Notes under the pieces: model-generated
Seen by the model: only the letters and a program-made list of their open reading frames with translations
What the model was told of the DNA's origin: nothing
Databases searched by the model: none
Assembly: GCA_963677925.2 (NCBI GenBank)
Contig: CAXXYH010000004.1
Coordinates: 2,464,001 to 2,528,000, forward strand
Length of the DNA: 64,000 bases
DNA from: Spirochaetia bacterium
GTDB lineage: Bacteria; Spirochaetota; Spirochaetia; UBA9216
Reading direction: 5' to 3'
Shown here: piece by piece, positions 40,214 to 49,484 of the stretch
Numbering within the stretch: position 1 is the first letter of the stretch
How the letters are laid out: every line of letters begins with the position of its first letter
Program-made: the position numbers and the translations under genes

Positions 40214-40309
40214 TTATTCCCTGTTGTAAATACAGAATATTAATCCTAATGAATAAAGATTTCTCTATATAAATACATTTATTTATATCGATATTATTTT
40301 ATAAATATT

Positions 40310-40355
40310 TTGACAACGATATAATTTGCCTGTATCATGGAAATAATTATTTACA
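40310..40355 (+). promoter_or_regulatory. sigma70 promoter with adjacent palindromic operator for the hydrogenase operon
   Basis: TTGACA(40310)-17 bp-TATCAT(40333), then near-perfect palindrome TGGAAATAATTATTTACA (40338-40355). Confidence 0.6.
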
Positions 40356-40430
40356 ACAGTATTACTAATATTTGGACATCAGCCTTTCTTTATGATCCAG
40401 GTCAAAGCCTGCTAATCAACAAAGAAGGAG

Positions 40431-40955
40431 ATGCAAATGGCAGAAACAGCCCAGATTTCCCACCACAAGACAGAAGAGGAAATAATTCAACAGACTGACA
40501 TCGTAGTCAACGAACTTGCAGGAAAAAAAGGTGCACTCATACCTGTACTGCAGACTTTGCAGGATATCTTCGGATACCTGCCCGAAACCGCCCTGAAAAG
40601 GACAAGCGAACAGATGAAGATTCCCTACAGCGAGGTAGCCGGAGTAGTAAGTTTCTACAAGTACTTTTCTACTTCACCGCGGGGAAAATATCTTATCAGG
40701 GTATGTCTAGGAACATCGTGTTACGTAAGGGGAGGCCGTGAAGTACTCAACAGCCTCCGGGATGCTCTCGGTATCGAGATCGATCAGACTACTGAAGACG
40801 GTCTGTTTTCACTCAAGGTCGGCAGATGCTTCGGTGCCTGCGGTCTTGCGCCGGTCATCATGATAAATGATGATATCTACAGACGGGTAAAGCCTTCCAA
40901 GGTCGATGAAATCATCGCGGTTTACAAGGATATGGAGGCTGCCGATGAAGAGTGA
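40431..40955 (+). CDS. hydC: [FeFe]-hydrogenase NuoE-like [2Fe-2S] subunit
   Basis: LIPVLQ..FGYLP, VVSFY, CLGTSC, CFGACGLAP. Confidence 0.9.
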   Translation: MQMAETAQISHHKTEEEIIQQTDIVVNELAGKKGALIPVLQTLQDIFGYLPETALKRTSEQMKIPYSEVAGVVSFYKYFSTSPRGKYLIRVCLGTSCYVRGGREVLNSLRDALGIEIDQTTEDGLFSLKVGRCFGACGLAPVIMINDDIYRRVKPSKVDEIIAVYKDMEAADEE

Positions 40956-43900
40956 GAACAAGTTTATTAAATCTGTAAAAGACCTTGAAAAAATAAAAAA
41001 GGATAATGCTGAAAAAATCAATTTCAGGCTCCTTGAAAAGGCCGATTCAGGAGATCTTCAGCAGCAGATGAAATCAAGGGACGGGCGATACGATATAGCT
41101 CTATGCATGGGCACAAGCTGTCAGTCCTCGGCATCAGCAGAGGTTGCTGAGGCGGTTGATGAAGAAATAAAGAAACTCAAGCTTGAAGATAAGGTCACCC
41201 TGGTCCGTACCGGATGCAACGGTTTTTGCGCTGTCGGTCCGATCATGGTCATATATCCGGGAAGTATTCTCTATCATGGAATGAATGCGAAGGATGTCCC
41301 TGAAATTTTTGAAGAACATATTCTTAATAACAGAACAGTTGAAAGACTGATGTATCATCATCCGGTTTCAGATGCGGTCATTCCCCGCTACATGGATCTT
41401 CCCTTTTTCTCCAGCCAGGAGCTGAGGGTCCTGCGTAATAAGGGCATAATAGAAGCGGACAGTATTGATGAGTATATTGCCAGAGACGGATATTTTGCTG
41501 CCGCAAAGGCTTTAATGAATATGAGCTCCGATGAGATCATTAGTGAAATATCAGAATCAGGACTTCGCGGCAGAGGCGGCGGAGGTTTTCCTACAGGCCT
41601 GAAATGGTCTTTCTGTAAAAAGGCTGAGGGAGACAAGAAATACATCCTCTGCAATGCAGATGAGGGCGATCCAGGCGCATTTATGGACCGCAGTATCATC
41701 GAATCTGATCCGCATACAGTGATTGAAGGTATGATGATCGGAGCGAAGGCTATAGGAGCCGACGAAGGATACGTATACTGCCGTGCCGAATATCCGCTGG
41801 CCTTAAAACGCCTGGAAACCGCGATTGCCAAATGCCGTGAATACGGCCTTCTGGGTGAAAATATTCTCGGGACAGGGTTCAACTTTGAACTGCATATTTC
41901 ACGCGGATCGGGTGCCTTTGTCTGCGGTGAGGAAACCGCACTTATGAATTCGATCGAAGGCAAGCGCGGCGAACCCCGGCCCAGACCTCCCTTTCCTGCG
42001 GTAAAAGGTCTCTGGGGTAAACCTTCTGTATTGAATAATGTTGAAACATACGGAAATATCCCGCAGATAATACTCAAAGGCGCAGGCTGGTACCGGGAAA
42101 CCGGAACTGAAAAATCTCCCGGAACAAAAATATTCGCACTTACAGGTAATGTAAGAAATGTCGGTCTGGTGGAAGTTCCTGTCGGAACAAGCCTCGGCGA
42201 CCTGGTATTCGATATCGGCGGCGGTATGCAGGGTGAGAAAAAATACAAGGCAGCTCAAATTGGCGGTCCTTCCGGCGGATGCATCCCCAGAAGTCATCTG
42301 AGTGTTCCGCTTGATTATGAATCTCTCACCGAACTCGGCGCGATAATGGGATCGGGCGGACTCGTTGTTATGAACGATGAAACCTGCATGGTCGATGTTG
42401 CCAAGTTTTTTCTTGAGTTTGTACTCGAAGAATCCTGCGGAAAGTGTGTTCCCTGCCGTGTAGGAATCAAGAGAATGCATGAAATACTTGCAAGAATATG
42501 CGAAGGTCAGGGCGAGGAAGGCGACATTGAAAGACTGATTGAGCTTGGTCAGACGATCAAGGATACTGCTCTCTGCGGTCTTGGCCAGACAGCTCCGAAC
42601 CCTGTCCTTTCTACAATCCAGCATTTCCGCGATGAGTATGAAGACCACATTATTCACAAACACTGTGAAGCAGGTGTCTGTCCAGGACTCGTCAGGGCTC
42701 CATGTCAGAGTTCCTGTCCGGCAAGTGTTGATATTCCGGGCTTCGTTGCTCTTATTCGGGAAAAACGCTATGAAGAGGCATTAAAACTTCACCGTGAAAA
42801 GAATCCATTTGCGGTTGTATGCGCAAGGGTATGCTTTCATACCTGTGAGGAAAAATGCCGCCGAGCAATGCTTGATGATCCTGTTTCAATACGCGCTCTC
42901 AAGCGCTACCTGGTTGAGCAGGAGATAATAGTGCAGCTCCCTGAGGTTCTGGAGAACAAAGAAAACGAAGCAAAAAAGATAGCTATAGTCGGTGCCGGTC
43001 CGGCGGGCCTGTCATGTGCCTACTTTCTAGCTAGACTGGGATACAAACCTGTGATATTCGAATCAGAAAACCGCCCCGGCGGAATGCTTACTCAGGCTAT
43101 CCCTTCATACAGACTTCCGCGTGAAGAACTAGCCCGTGAGATCCGTATGATTGAGAGGCTCGGTGTTCAGATAAATACGGAAAAGAAACTGGGACGGGAC
43201 TTTACCCTGAACAGTCTGAAAGAAGACGGATATGATGCTGTTTTTGTCGGCATCGGAGCTCCGAAGGGTACTCTTCTTGGCATTAAGGGCGATGATGCTG
43301 AAGATGTTGTTGATGCACTTTCATTTCTGAAAGAGTACAACATCAGAGGTAACGTAAAAGTAAACAACGATATTCTGGTTATAGGCGGCGGGAATGCTGC
43401 CATCGATGCAGCAAGAACTGCGGTTCGTCTGGGTGCAGAAAATGTAACCATCATCTACCGCAGAAAACGCGAACAGATGCCTGCCTACCAGGAAGAAATT
43501 GAAGAAGCAATTGTTGAAGGTGTTAAGCTTATAGATCTGACTCAGCCGGTTGAGGTTGTAAAGACAGCCGACGGTAAGGTTAAAGGCCTGAAATGTCTTC
43601 ATATGGAGCTTGGTGAATTCGACAAGCAGGGCAGAAGACGTGCCGTGAAATCCGATGAAGATTATTTTGAGATTCCCGGTGACCAGATAATTACCGCAAT
43701 CGGACAGAATGTGGATCTATCAGTTTTCAAGGATTCGGAAGGCCTCAAGTTTGATGAAAAGGGCTTTATACGTGCTGACAGCAGTACAGGCAAGACATCA
43801 ATTGACTGGGTTTTTGCCGGAGGCGATTCATCAAGCGGTCCTTCATCAGTAGTAAAGGCAATCAAAGGCGGTGAGGTAGCCGCGGTTGGTATTGATTATT

Positions 43901-44148
43901 TCCTGACGGGTGAAGATCATGCATTCTGGCGCGAGGAGCGAAAGGTTGAGACAGCCTTTGATCCGGATGCAGATCCAGCACCATATCCAAGGGAGAAGGT
44001 TCCACTGGTGGCAGTTGAAAAGCGGCGGTCGAACTTTACGGAAGTGGAAATGGCATGGACTGAGGCTGTTGCCCTGCGTCAGAGCTCAAGATGTCTGCGC
44101 TGTGACTACGGAAAACCTGTTGCACCTAGGGAGGTTTTACATGATTAA
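40945..44148 (+). CDS. hydB: [FeFe]-hydrogenase NuoF-like diaphorase subunit fused to a GltD/NfnB-like FAD-NAD(P)H module
   Basis: Trx-like 2Fe-2S (CMGTSC, GCNGFC), SGLRGRGGGGFPTG, NADEGDPGAFMDR, GGPSGG, ESCGKCVPCR, ALCGLG; then PCQSSCP, CARVCFHTCEEKC, GAGPAG, GGGNAAID, YRR. Confidence 0.9.
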   Translation: MKSENKFIKSVKDLEKIKKDNAEKINFRLLEKADSGDLQQQMKSRDGRYDIALCMGTSCQSSASAEVAEAVDEEIKKLKLEDKVTLVRTGCNGFCAVGPIMVIYPGSILYHGMNAKDVPEIFEEHILNNRTVERLMYHHPVSDAVIPRYMDLPFFSSQELRVLRNKGIIEADSIDEYIARDGYFAAAKALMNMSSDEIISEISESGLRGRGGGGFPTGLKWSFCKKAEGDKKYILCNADEGDPGAFMDRSIIESDPHTVIEGMMIGAKAIGADEGYVYCRAEYPLALKRLETAIAKCREYGLLGENILGTGFNFELHISRGSGAFVCGEETALMNSIEGKRGEPRPRPPFPAVKGLWGKPSVLNNVETYGNIPQIILKGAGWYRETGTEKSPGTKIFALTGNVRNVGLVEVPVGTSLGDLVFDIGGGMQGEKKYKAAQIGGPSGGCIPRSHLSVPLDYESLTELGAIMGSGGLVVMNDETCMVDVAKFFLEFVLEESCGKCVPCRVGIKRMHEILARICEGQGEEGDIERLIELGQTIKDTALCGLGQTAPNPVLSTIQHFRDEYEDHIIHKHCEAGVCPGLVRAPCQSSCPASVDIPGFVALIREKRYEEALKLHREKNPFAVVCARVCFHTCEEKCRRAMLDDPVSIRALKRYLVEQEIIVQLPEVLENKENEAKKIAIVGAGPAGLSCAYFLARLGYKPVIFESENRPGGMLTQAIPSYRLPREELAREIRMIERLGVQINTEKKLGRDFTLNSLKEDGYDAVFVGIGAPKGTLLGIKGDDAEDVVDALSFLKEYNIRGNVKVNNDILVIGGGNAAIDAARTAVRLGAENVTIIYRRKREQMPAYQEEIEEAIVEGVKLIDLTQPVEVVKTADGKVKGLKCLHMELGEFDKQGRRRAVKSDEDYFEIPGDQIITAIGQNVDLSVFKDSEGLKFDEKGFIRADSSTGKTSIDWVFAGGDSSSGPSSVVKAIKGGEVAAVGIDYFLTGEDHAFWREERKVETAFDPDADPAPYPREKVPLVAVEKRRSNFTEVEMAWTEAVALRQSSRCLRCDYGKPVAPREVLHD

Positions 44149-45907
44149 TCTGACTGTTAACGGAACAGAATTACTGGTCGAAAGCGGTACAAGTGTTCTC
44201 GACGCCGCAAGACTGACCGGAGTAGATATACCCACGCTCTGCAATTATGAAGGAAAACCGGCTGTCGGCGCATGCAGGGTCTGTGTAGTTGAGGTGGAAG
44301 GTGCAAAAGCTCTGATGCCTGCCTGTGCGACACCTGCATCCAACGGTATGAAGATTTTTACAAACACAAAGCGCGTTCGTGATGCAAGACGGACTGTTGT
44401 CGAACTGCTGCTAAGCGAGCACGAAGGAAACTGCCAGTACTGTGAGAGAAACAGTGACTGCGAGCTGGAAAGGCTTGCCTTAAAGATGGGAATTACAAAA
44501 CCTGTTTATGAAGGAGAAAAACCTGATGCCCGAACAGATAATTCCACCTGGGCTCTGGTTCGTGATACGGGTAAATGTATAAAATGCAGGCGCTGTGTTA
44601 CCGTCTGTAATGAGGTTCAGGCCGTCGGTGCACTCTTTCCTCAGTACAGAGGTTATGAAACGATAATAGGTCCTGCATTTACGATGGATCTTGCAGATGT
44701 AAAATGTGTACAGTGCGGTCAGTGTGCTGCAGTCTGTCCGGTGGGTGCTATTGTTGAAAGATCGGCGATAGAGAGTGTCTGGTCGGCTATTGATGATCCG
44801 AAAAAGCATGTAGTTGTACAGACTGCTCCGGCAATCCGCGCGGCTCTGGGTGAATGCTTTGACTATGAACCCGGCACCCTTGTTACAGGAAAGATGGTAA
44901 CCGCGCTTAAGCAGATGGGATTTGATTCTGTATTCGATACAAACTTCACTGCCGACCTTACAATACTTGAAGAGGGTACGGAACTGCTGACCCGGCTTAA
45001 GAAGAAACTTGTTGAAAACGAAGATATAGCACTTCCGATGTTTACAAGCTGCTCTCCCGGCTGGATTAATTTTGCTGAATATTTTTATCCGGATTTTCTG
45101 CCAAATCTTTCCACATGTAAATCACCCCAGCAGATGTTCGGAGCTGTTACTAAGACATATTACGCAGCGAAGAAAGGTGTCGATCCGGCTGATATTGTCA
45201 TGGTTTCGGTAATGCCCTGTACAGCCAAGAAGTTTGAAGCCTCAAGGGATGAGATGAATGACAGCGGTTTTATGGATGTTGATTATGTTTTAACCACCAG
45301 AGAGCTGGGCAGAATGATTAAATCAGCTGGTATAGATTTCCACAAGCTTGAAGATTCCGAAATGGATTCACCGCTTGGTGAATCAACCGGTGCTGCTGAT
45401 ATCTTTGCCAATTCAGGCGGTGTTATGGAAGCGGCTATCAGAACAGTGTATGAAATAGTAACAGGACGCGAAGTACCCTTTGATAATCTGCATCTGCAGC
45501 CGGTCGCTGGACTTCAGGGGCTGAAGGAAGCAAGTCTGAAACTTGAGGGAACAGTTGCTGACTGGTCTTTCCTTGAAGGCGTTGAAGTCAAGGTTGCTGT
45601 AGCCCATGGACTTGGAAATGCTGTCGAAGTGATGAAAAAGATAGAGGAAAACGGTTCCACATACCACTTTGTCGAAGTGATGGCCTGCCCGGGAGGCTGT
45701 ATAGGCGGCGGAGGACAGCCGAGATTTACTACTGATGAAGTTCGGATGGCCAGAATGAAGGCCATATTTGCTGAAGATGAGGGCAAACCGCTTAGAAAAT
45801 CACATCTCAATCCTTCAGTGGCAAAGATATATGAAGAATTTCTCATCAATCCGCTTGGCGAGAAGTCTCATCATCTGCTTCATACGCATTATGCAAAAAA
45901 AATGTAG
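44141..45907 (+). CDS. hydA: [FeFe]-hydrogenase catalytic subunit (group A3-type architecture)
   Basis: H-cluster motifs TSCSPGW, MPCTAKKFE, EVMACPGGCIGGGGQP; N-terminal 2Fe-2S, His-ligated 4Fe-4S (HEGNCQYC) and 2x4Fe-4S; real start ATG 44141 behind GGAGG. Confidence 0.95.
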   Translation: MINLTVNGTELLVESGTSVLDAARLTGVDIPTLCNYEGKPAVGACRVCVVEVEGAKALMPACATPASNGMKIFTNTKRVRDARRTVVELLLSEHEGNCQYCERNSDCELERLALKMGITKPVYEGEKPDARTDNSTWALVRDTGKCIKCRRCVTVCNEVQAVGALFPQYRGYETIIGPAFTMDLADVKCVQCGQCAAVCPVGAIVERSAIESVWSAIDDPKKHVVVQTAPAIRAALGECFDYEPGTLVTGKMVTALKQMGFDSVFDTNFTADLTILEEGTELLTRLKKKLVENEDIALPMFTSCSPGWINFAEYFYPDFLPNLSTCKSPQQMFGAVTKTYYAAKKGVDPADIVMVSVMPCTAKKFEASRDEMNDSGFMDVDYVLTTRELGRMIKSAGIDFHKLEDSEMDSPLGESTGAADIFANSGGVMEAAIRTVYEIVTGREVPFDNLHLQPVAGLQGLKEASLKLEGTVADWSFLEGVEVKVAVAHGLGNAVEVMKKIEENGSTYHFVEVMACPGGCIGGGGQPRFTTDEVRMARMKAIFAEDEGKPLRKSHLNPSVAKIYEEFLINPLGEKSHHLLHTHYAKKM

Positions 45908-45962
45908 TCTAATATATAGCGGATGTTGTATTATGTTATTATTATATTAATCGGAGGCTAAT

Positions 45963-46397
45963 ATGAATATAGGAGATGTGCTTAAAGTTAAAGGGACCAC
46001 CGTTGAAACCATCGGTGCCGGAGAGAAGCTGGACACAGCATTGGGTAAACTTAATGAAAAGCGTATCGGCGCTCTTATGGTTACTGATGACAGCGGGGCG
46101 ATCGCAGGAATAGTCAGTGAACGTGATTTCCTCAGAGTCTGCAGTAAATGCGCTCCCGACCTGGTTGTGAAAGATCTGATGACTCCTAAAGAGAAAATTT
46201 CTTCACTGACTCCGAAAGATTCACTGCAGACCGCAATGAAGATTTTTACAGAGAAGAGAATACGTCACCTTCCCGTACTGGAGAATGACGACCTTAAGGG
46301 TATGCTGTCAATAGGTGATGCTGTAAAAGCTCTGCTTGATGCAGTTGAGCAGGAGAACAAGTATCTTAAAGAATATATCATGGGACAGGATATCTGA
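45963..46397 (+). CDS. CBS-domain protein
   Basis: RIGALMV..GIVSERD and RIRHLPV..GMLSIGD CBS pair. Confidence 0.9.
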   Translation: MNIGDVLKVKGTTVETIGAGEKLDTALGKLNEKRIGALMVTDDSGAIAGIVSERDFLRVCSKCAPDLVVKDLMTPKEKISSLTPKDSLQTAMKIFTEKRIRHLPVLENDDLKGMLSIGDAVKALLDAVEQENKYLKEYIMGQDI

Positions 46398-46418
46398 TAT
46401 CCTGATACTTAAATTTCA

Positions 46419-46455
46419 GGGCTGACCGGGCTTAATACCAGGTCAGCCTTTTTTT
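46419..46455 (+). terminator. Rho-independent terminator
   Basis: GGGCTGACC...GGTCAGCC followed by TTTTTTT. Confidence 0.8.
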
Positions 46456-46474
46456 ATAGATGAACAGGCTGGGC

Positions 46475-48448
46475 CTAGTCCGTCTGGACAAGAAAGTCAA
46501 ATTCATCGTCTTCAAAGGTTTCTCTGGTATACTTCATAAGTTCATCATCTTCCAGTTCTGAAAAGCTTTCCAGGGTTGTTGTAAGGTCGCTGTTAATATC
46601 TTTTTTGTGGTTCACATAGGTTGTCTGATAAAATCCGAGTTTCTTTTCCTTATGAAGACCCATATCAAGAAGTTTTTTTGATGCCTGACGCATCATTTTT
46701 AACCTTTTGATCAAGCCTTCATCTGAATCGATGCTCCAGACTCCTAAATAGATAGGTTTCAGATCATTGTTAAGGTCACCTGTAAACTCTCCCCGTAATA
46801 GATCATTTTTCTCCTTTCCGAGGTAGGGAACAAAATCAAGATGCTCGGCCAGCTTTCTGTCAGATGCGAAGAATCTGCCGCTCTCAGGATCCATTGTAAA
46901 GATGATGACATTGTCTACTGCCTGCCCGTAGCTCTTAAACAGAGCACCCTTGAAAGAATTAAGATCGTAAACCTTTTGAGAAAGGTGGGCGATACGTTTT
47001 TTTATTTCAATGGAGATATCGAAAAGCCATTCCTTCAGGATTTCATGATCGCTTTTCAGGTTGAATATATATTCATTTAAATTGTCTTCAGTTGTTTTGT
47101 CCATCATGAATGACAGAATGGTACGGTATATAAATCTGATGTTCTGAAAGGTGGAAAACAGCATAATTAGATCAAAAAGAAAGATTTCCATTTTACGCAG
47201 CTGCCAGATGAATGCAATTATTTCATTTCTGGGGGTTGTTTTCTTTATGCTGTAATCCTCCCAGAGGTCCTTAAATTCATTATACCTGCGGCTTAAAACT
47301 GCATGCCTCTCGTCCAGTTCGCTTGATGATTTAGAGAAAAGAATTTTATAGCAGGTTCCTTCAGGACTGCTTTTTACCGTTATATTCTCCGCCCCGAATG
47401 TAGCGAAAATCTGCTGAGTTCCAAGTCCTTCCCCGGAAGAGCTGTTTCCGGCTGATTTTGTAGTTTTCCCAACGAAAATCGGTATACCGTTTTCATCTTT
47501 TTCGAGAAGCTCAGCATCTATTCCGATGCCGTTGTCACGTATCGAAAGGGTGAGATTTTCTTCATCATCTGTCAGCCCGATTTTTATTACACCTTTATCA
47601 GCCTTGGCTTCAATAGCGTCCATGGAATTTGAAACGATATTTATCAGGGCTCTTCCAATTGTCTCATGATAACCAAGTATCACTGAGGATTTCGCATTTA
47701 GTTTCAGATGAAGCGCGCATCTAAGCGGTGAGGCCTGTATATAGGGAACAATCCTTTCGAGGAGGAGATCACGAAGATTTACCTCATGAATGATTTTTCT
47801 CGAATCCCTGAAGATGTTCAGCATATTAATCATTGCAGTCGTTTCCCTGTTAACATCTTCAACAATGCGGTCGCAGTTTTCTGCAGAAAGTGAATCAATC
47901 ATATGCGACAGAAGCCTGACTATCTTTCTGGCATCGTGCCTTGTTTTTCCGATCTCTGCTTCTTCAAGAGCCTTGGCTTTCTGCGCCAGATTCCCTTTTA
48001 GAATCTCTTCCTTATAAGTATAAATATGGTAGTAGACCAGGTTTCGATAGACGATTGTATCTCCCAGGCTGAACCCTCTTGTTCTGAAGAATTCAAGTGT
48101 ATCGGACTGTTTTTCCCAGAGGTACAGGTAAATGCAGGCTTTATCGGGGATATTTTCTGCAAGGTTGTAGATGAAAGCCTGTCCGATTCCTCGGCCGCGT
48201 CCGAAGGGGCTGGCAACAAGTTTATAAATATGAAAGTTCTGCTGTCTGGCGTCAGAATAAACAAGAAGATAACCAAGGATTTCGCGTTCTTCAATCCATA
48301 TATAGCTGTGTTCATAATCTTTCTCAAGAGTTGAATCCTTGATATATGGAGACGGAATTATAAAGGTATCAAGATTGAGAAGCGGATTTTTTTTAATTCT
48401 TGCTTCAATCTTGGGAGTAAGTTTAACAATATGAGATGAAGTTTCCAT
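46475..48448 (-). CDS. GNAT-domain/histidine-kinase fusion protein
   Basis: GNAT motif A (ASPFGRGRGIGQ) and FFRTRGF; H-box RHDARK; N box INIVSNSMDAI; G1 IRDNGIGI; G2 GEGLGT; unknown C-terminal domain. Confidence 0.75.
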   Translation of the reverse strand: METSSHIVKLTPKIEARIKKNPLLNLDTFIIPSPYIKDSTLEKDYEHSYIWIEEREILGYLLVYSDARQQNFHIYKLVASPFGRGRGIGQAFIYNLAENIPDKACIYLYLWEKQSDTLEFFRTRGFSLGDTIVYRNLVYYHIYTYKEEILKGNLAQKAKALEEAEIGKTRHDARKIVRLLSHMIDSLSAENCDRIVEDVNRETTAMINMLNIFRDSRKIIHEVNLRDLLLERIVPYIQASPLRCALHLKLNAKSSVILGYHETIGRALINIVSNSMDAIEAKADKGVIKIGLTDDEENLTLSIRDNGIGIDAELLEKDENGIPIFVGKTTKSAGNSSSGEGLGTQQIFATFGAENITVKSSPEGTCYKILFSKSSSELDERHAVLSRRYNEFKDLWEDYSIKKTTPRNEIIAFIWQLRKMEIFLFDLIMLFSTFQNIRFIYRTILSFMMDKTTEDNLNEYIFNLKSDHEILKEWLFDISIEIKKRIAHLSQKVYDLNSFKGALFKSYGQAVDNVIIFTMDPESGRFFASDRKLAEHLDFVPYLGKEKNDLLRGEFTGDLNNDLKPIYLGVWSIDSDEGLIKRLKMMRQASKKLLDMGLHKEKKLGFYQTTYVNHKKDINSDLTTTLESFSELEDDELMKYTRETFEDDEFDFLVQTD

Positions 48449-48548
48449 TCTTTATATTATATCAATTAGGCAGCAGCAATCAATATTTTACGGTTTTTCT
48501 TGATAGTGGTGCATAGCTTTATTATCTTTGTCTAAGTGAGGTGATAGA

Positions 48549-49043
48549 ATGAAAAAAATATTTATTATTCTTTTAGTTCTTCTTCCTGTTTCAGTATTTG
48601 CGTCGGATTGGAAGTCTGAGAATATAAAAGACTTTAGTTTCAATTGGAGATTTGAAGGTTCAAATCTTGAAGTAAAGCTCAGCTATCCTGGAACCGGATG
48701 GGTGGCAGTTGGTTTTGGTGCTGAGAACAAAATGAAGGGTGCGAATATAATTATCGGTGCTGTTGATAAGGGTGAGCTGACTATTGAAGATCATTATGGA
48801 AACAGCCCTGTAAGCCATAAGGAGGATATCCGGCTTGACGGTACTGATGATATAATCAGTGCAAGCGGTACGGAGTCCGGCGGCGTTACTACTATCCAAT
48901 TTACTATTCCCTTATCTTCAGGTGACCAAAATGATAAAGACCTTGTTGAAGGAAGGGTCTACCGTGTTATTTTTGCAGCATCAAACAGCGACAACCTGGG
49001 GAGGATTCACAAAATCGCTACAGGAAAGGATATTAAACTGTAG
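48549..49043 (+). CDS. Exported DOMON-domain protein
   Basis: Signal peptide, GWVAVGFG..KMKGANIIIG, C-terminal His (RIHK). Confidence 0.82.
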   Translation: MKKIFIILLVLLPVSVFASDWKSENIKDFSFNWRFEGSNLEVKLSYPGTGWVAVGFGAENKMKGANIIIGAVDKGELTIEDHYGNSPVSHKEDIRLDGTDDIISASGTESGGVTTIQFTIPLSSGDQNDKDLVEGRVYRVIFAASNSDNLGRIHKIATGKDIKL

Positions 49044-49045
49044 AA

Positions 49046-49354
49046 TTACCAGCCCTTAATGCTGTCAGGCAGGAGCGGTTTGAACATCCTGCCTGATCTG
49101 GGCTTTTCCATCCATGGTTCGACAGTTTCCCTCCATTTTTTATAGTGTTCAGTTGTTTTATGATAGGCAACTGCTTCTTCATCTTCATAAACTTCATATA
49201 GAAAGAACAGCCCGGGATCTTTCGGATCCTGTGAAAGATCAAAGCGTACATTACCTTCCTCCTTCCTTGCGGCCAGGTGGTTAAGTCTTGTCGCTTCAAT
49301 GAATTCTTTTTCATTTCCCTTCTTAACAAAAACATCAACACAATAAACAACCAT
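49046..49354 (-). CDS. ABM-family protein (LsrG/putative quinol monooxygenase-like)
   Basis: EEGNVRFD, FLYEVY, HKTTEHYKKWRETVEPWM. Confidence 0.85.
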   Translation of the reverse strand: MVVYCVDVFVKKGNEKEFIEATRLNHLAARKEEGNVRFDLSQDPKDPGLFFLYEVYEDEEAVAYHKTTEHYKKWRETVEPWMEKPRSGRMFKPLLPDSIKGW

Positions 49355-49484
49355 AGGATCCTCCTGTAATTATTATACTCAGACAGAGAAAAAAATGCAT
49401 CTGTTTATTTGAATTACGTTAGTAGATTGCTTAGGATTTATGTTAGCTCATAAAAGCTTATTTAACATAGAGAAGAGGTTAATA

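Noticed and set aside
41388-42663. Long antisense ORFs (286 and 254 aa) inside hydB, and similar shadow ORFs across the window (e.g. 38566-39168, 17577-17852)
   Set aside because: They lie opposite or overlap well-supported genes, have no recognisable motifs, and are expected from codon bias.
43910-44140. N-terminal extension of HydA given in the ORF track
   Set aside because: It overlaps hydB in another frame; the RBS and domain start point to ATG 44141.
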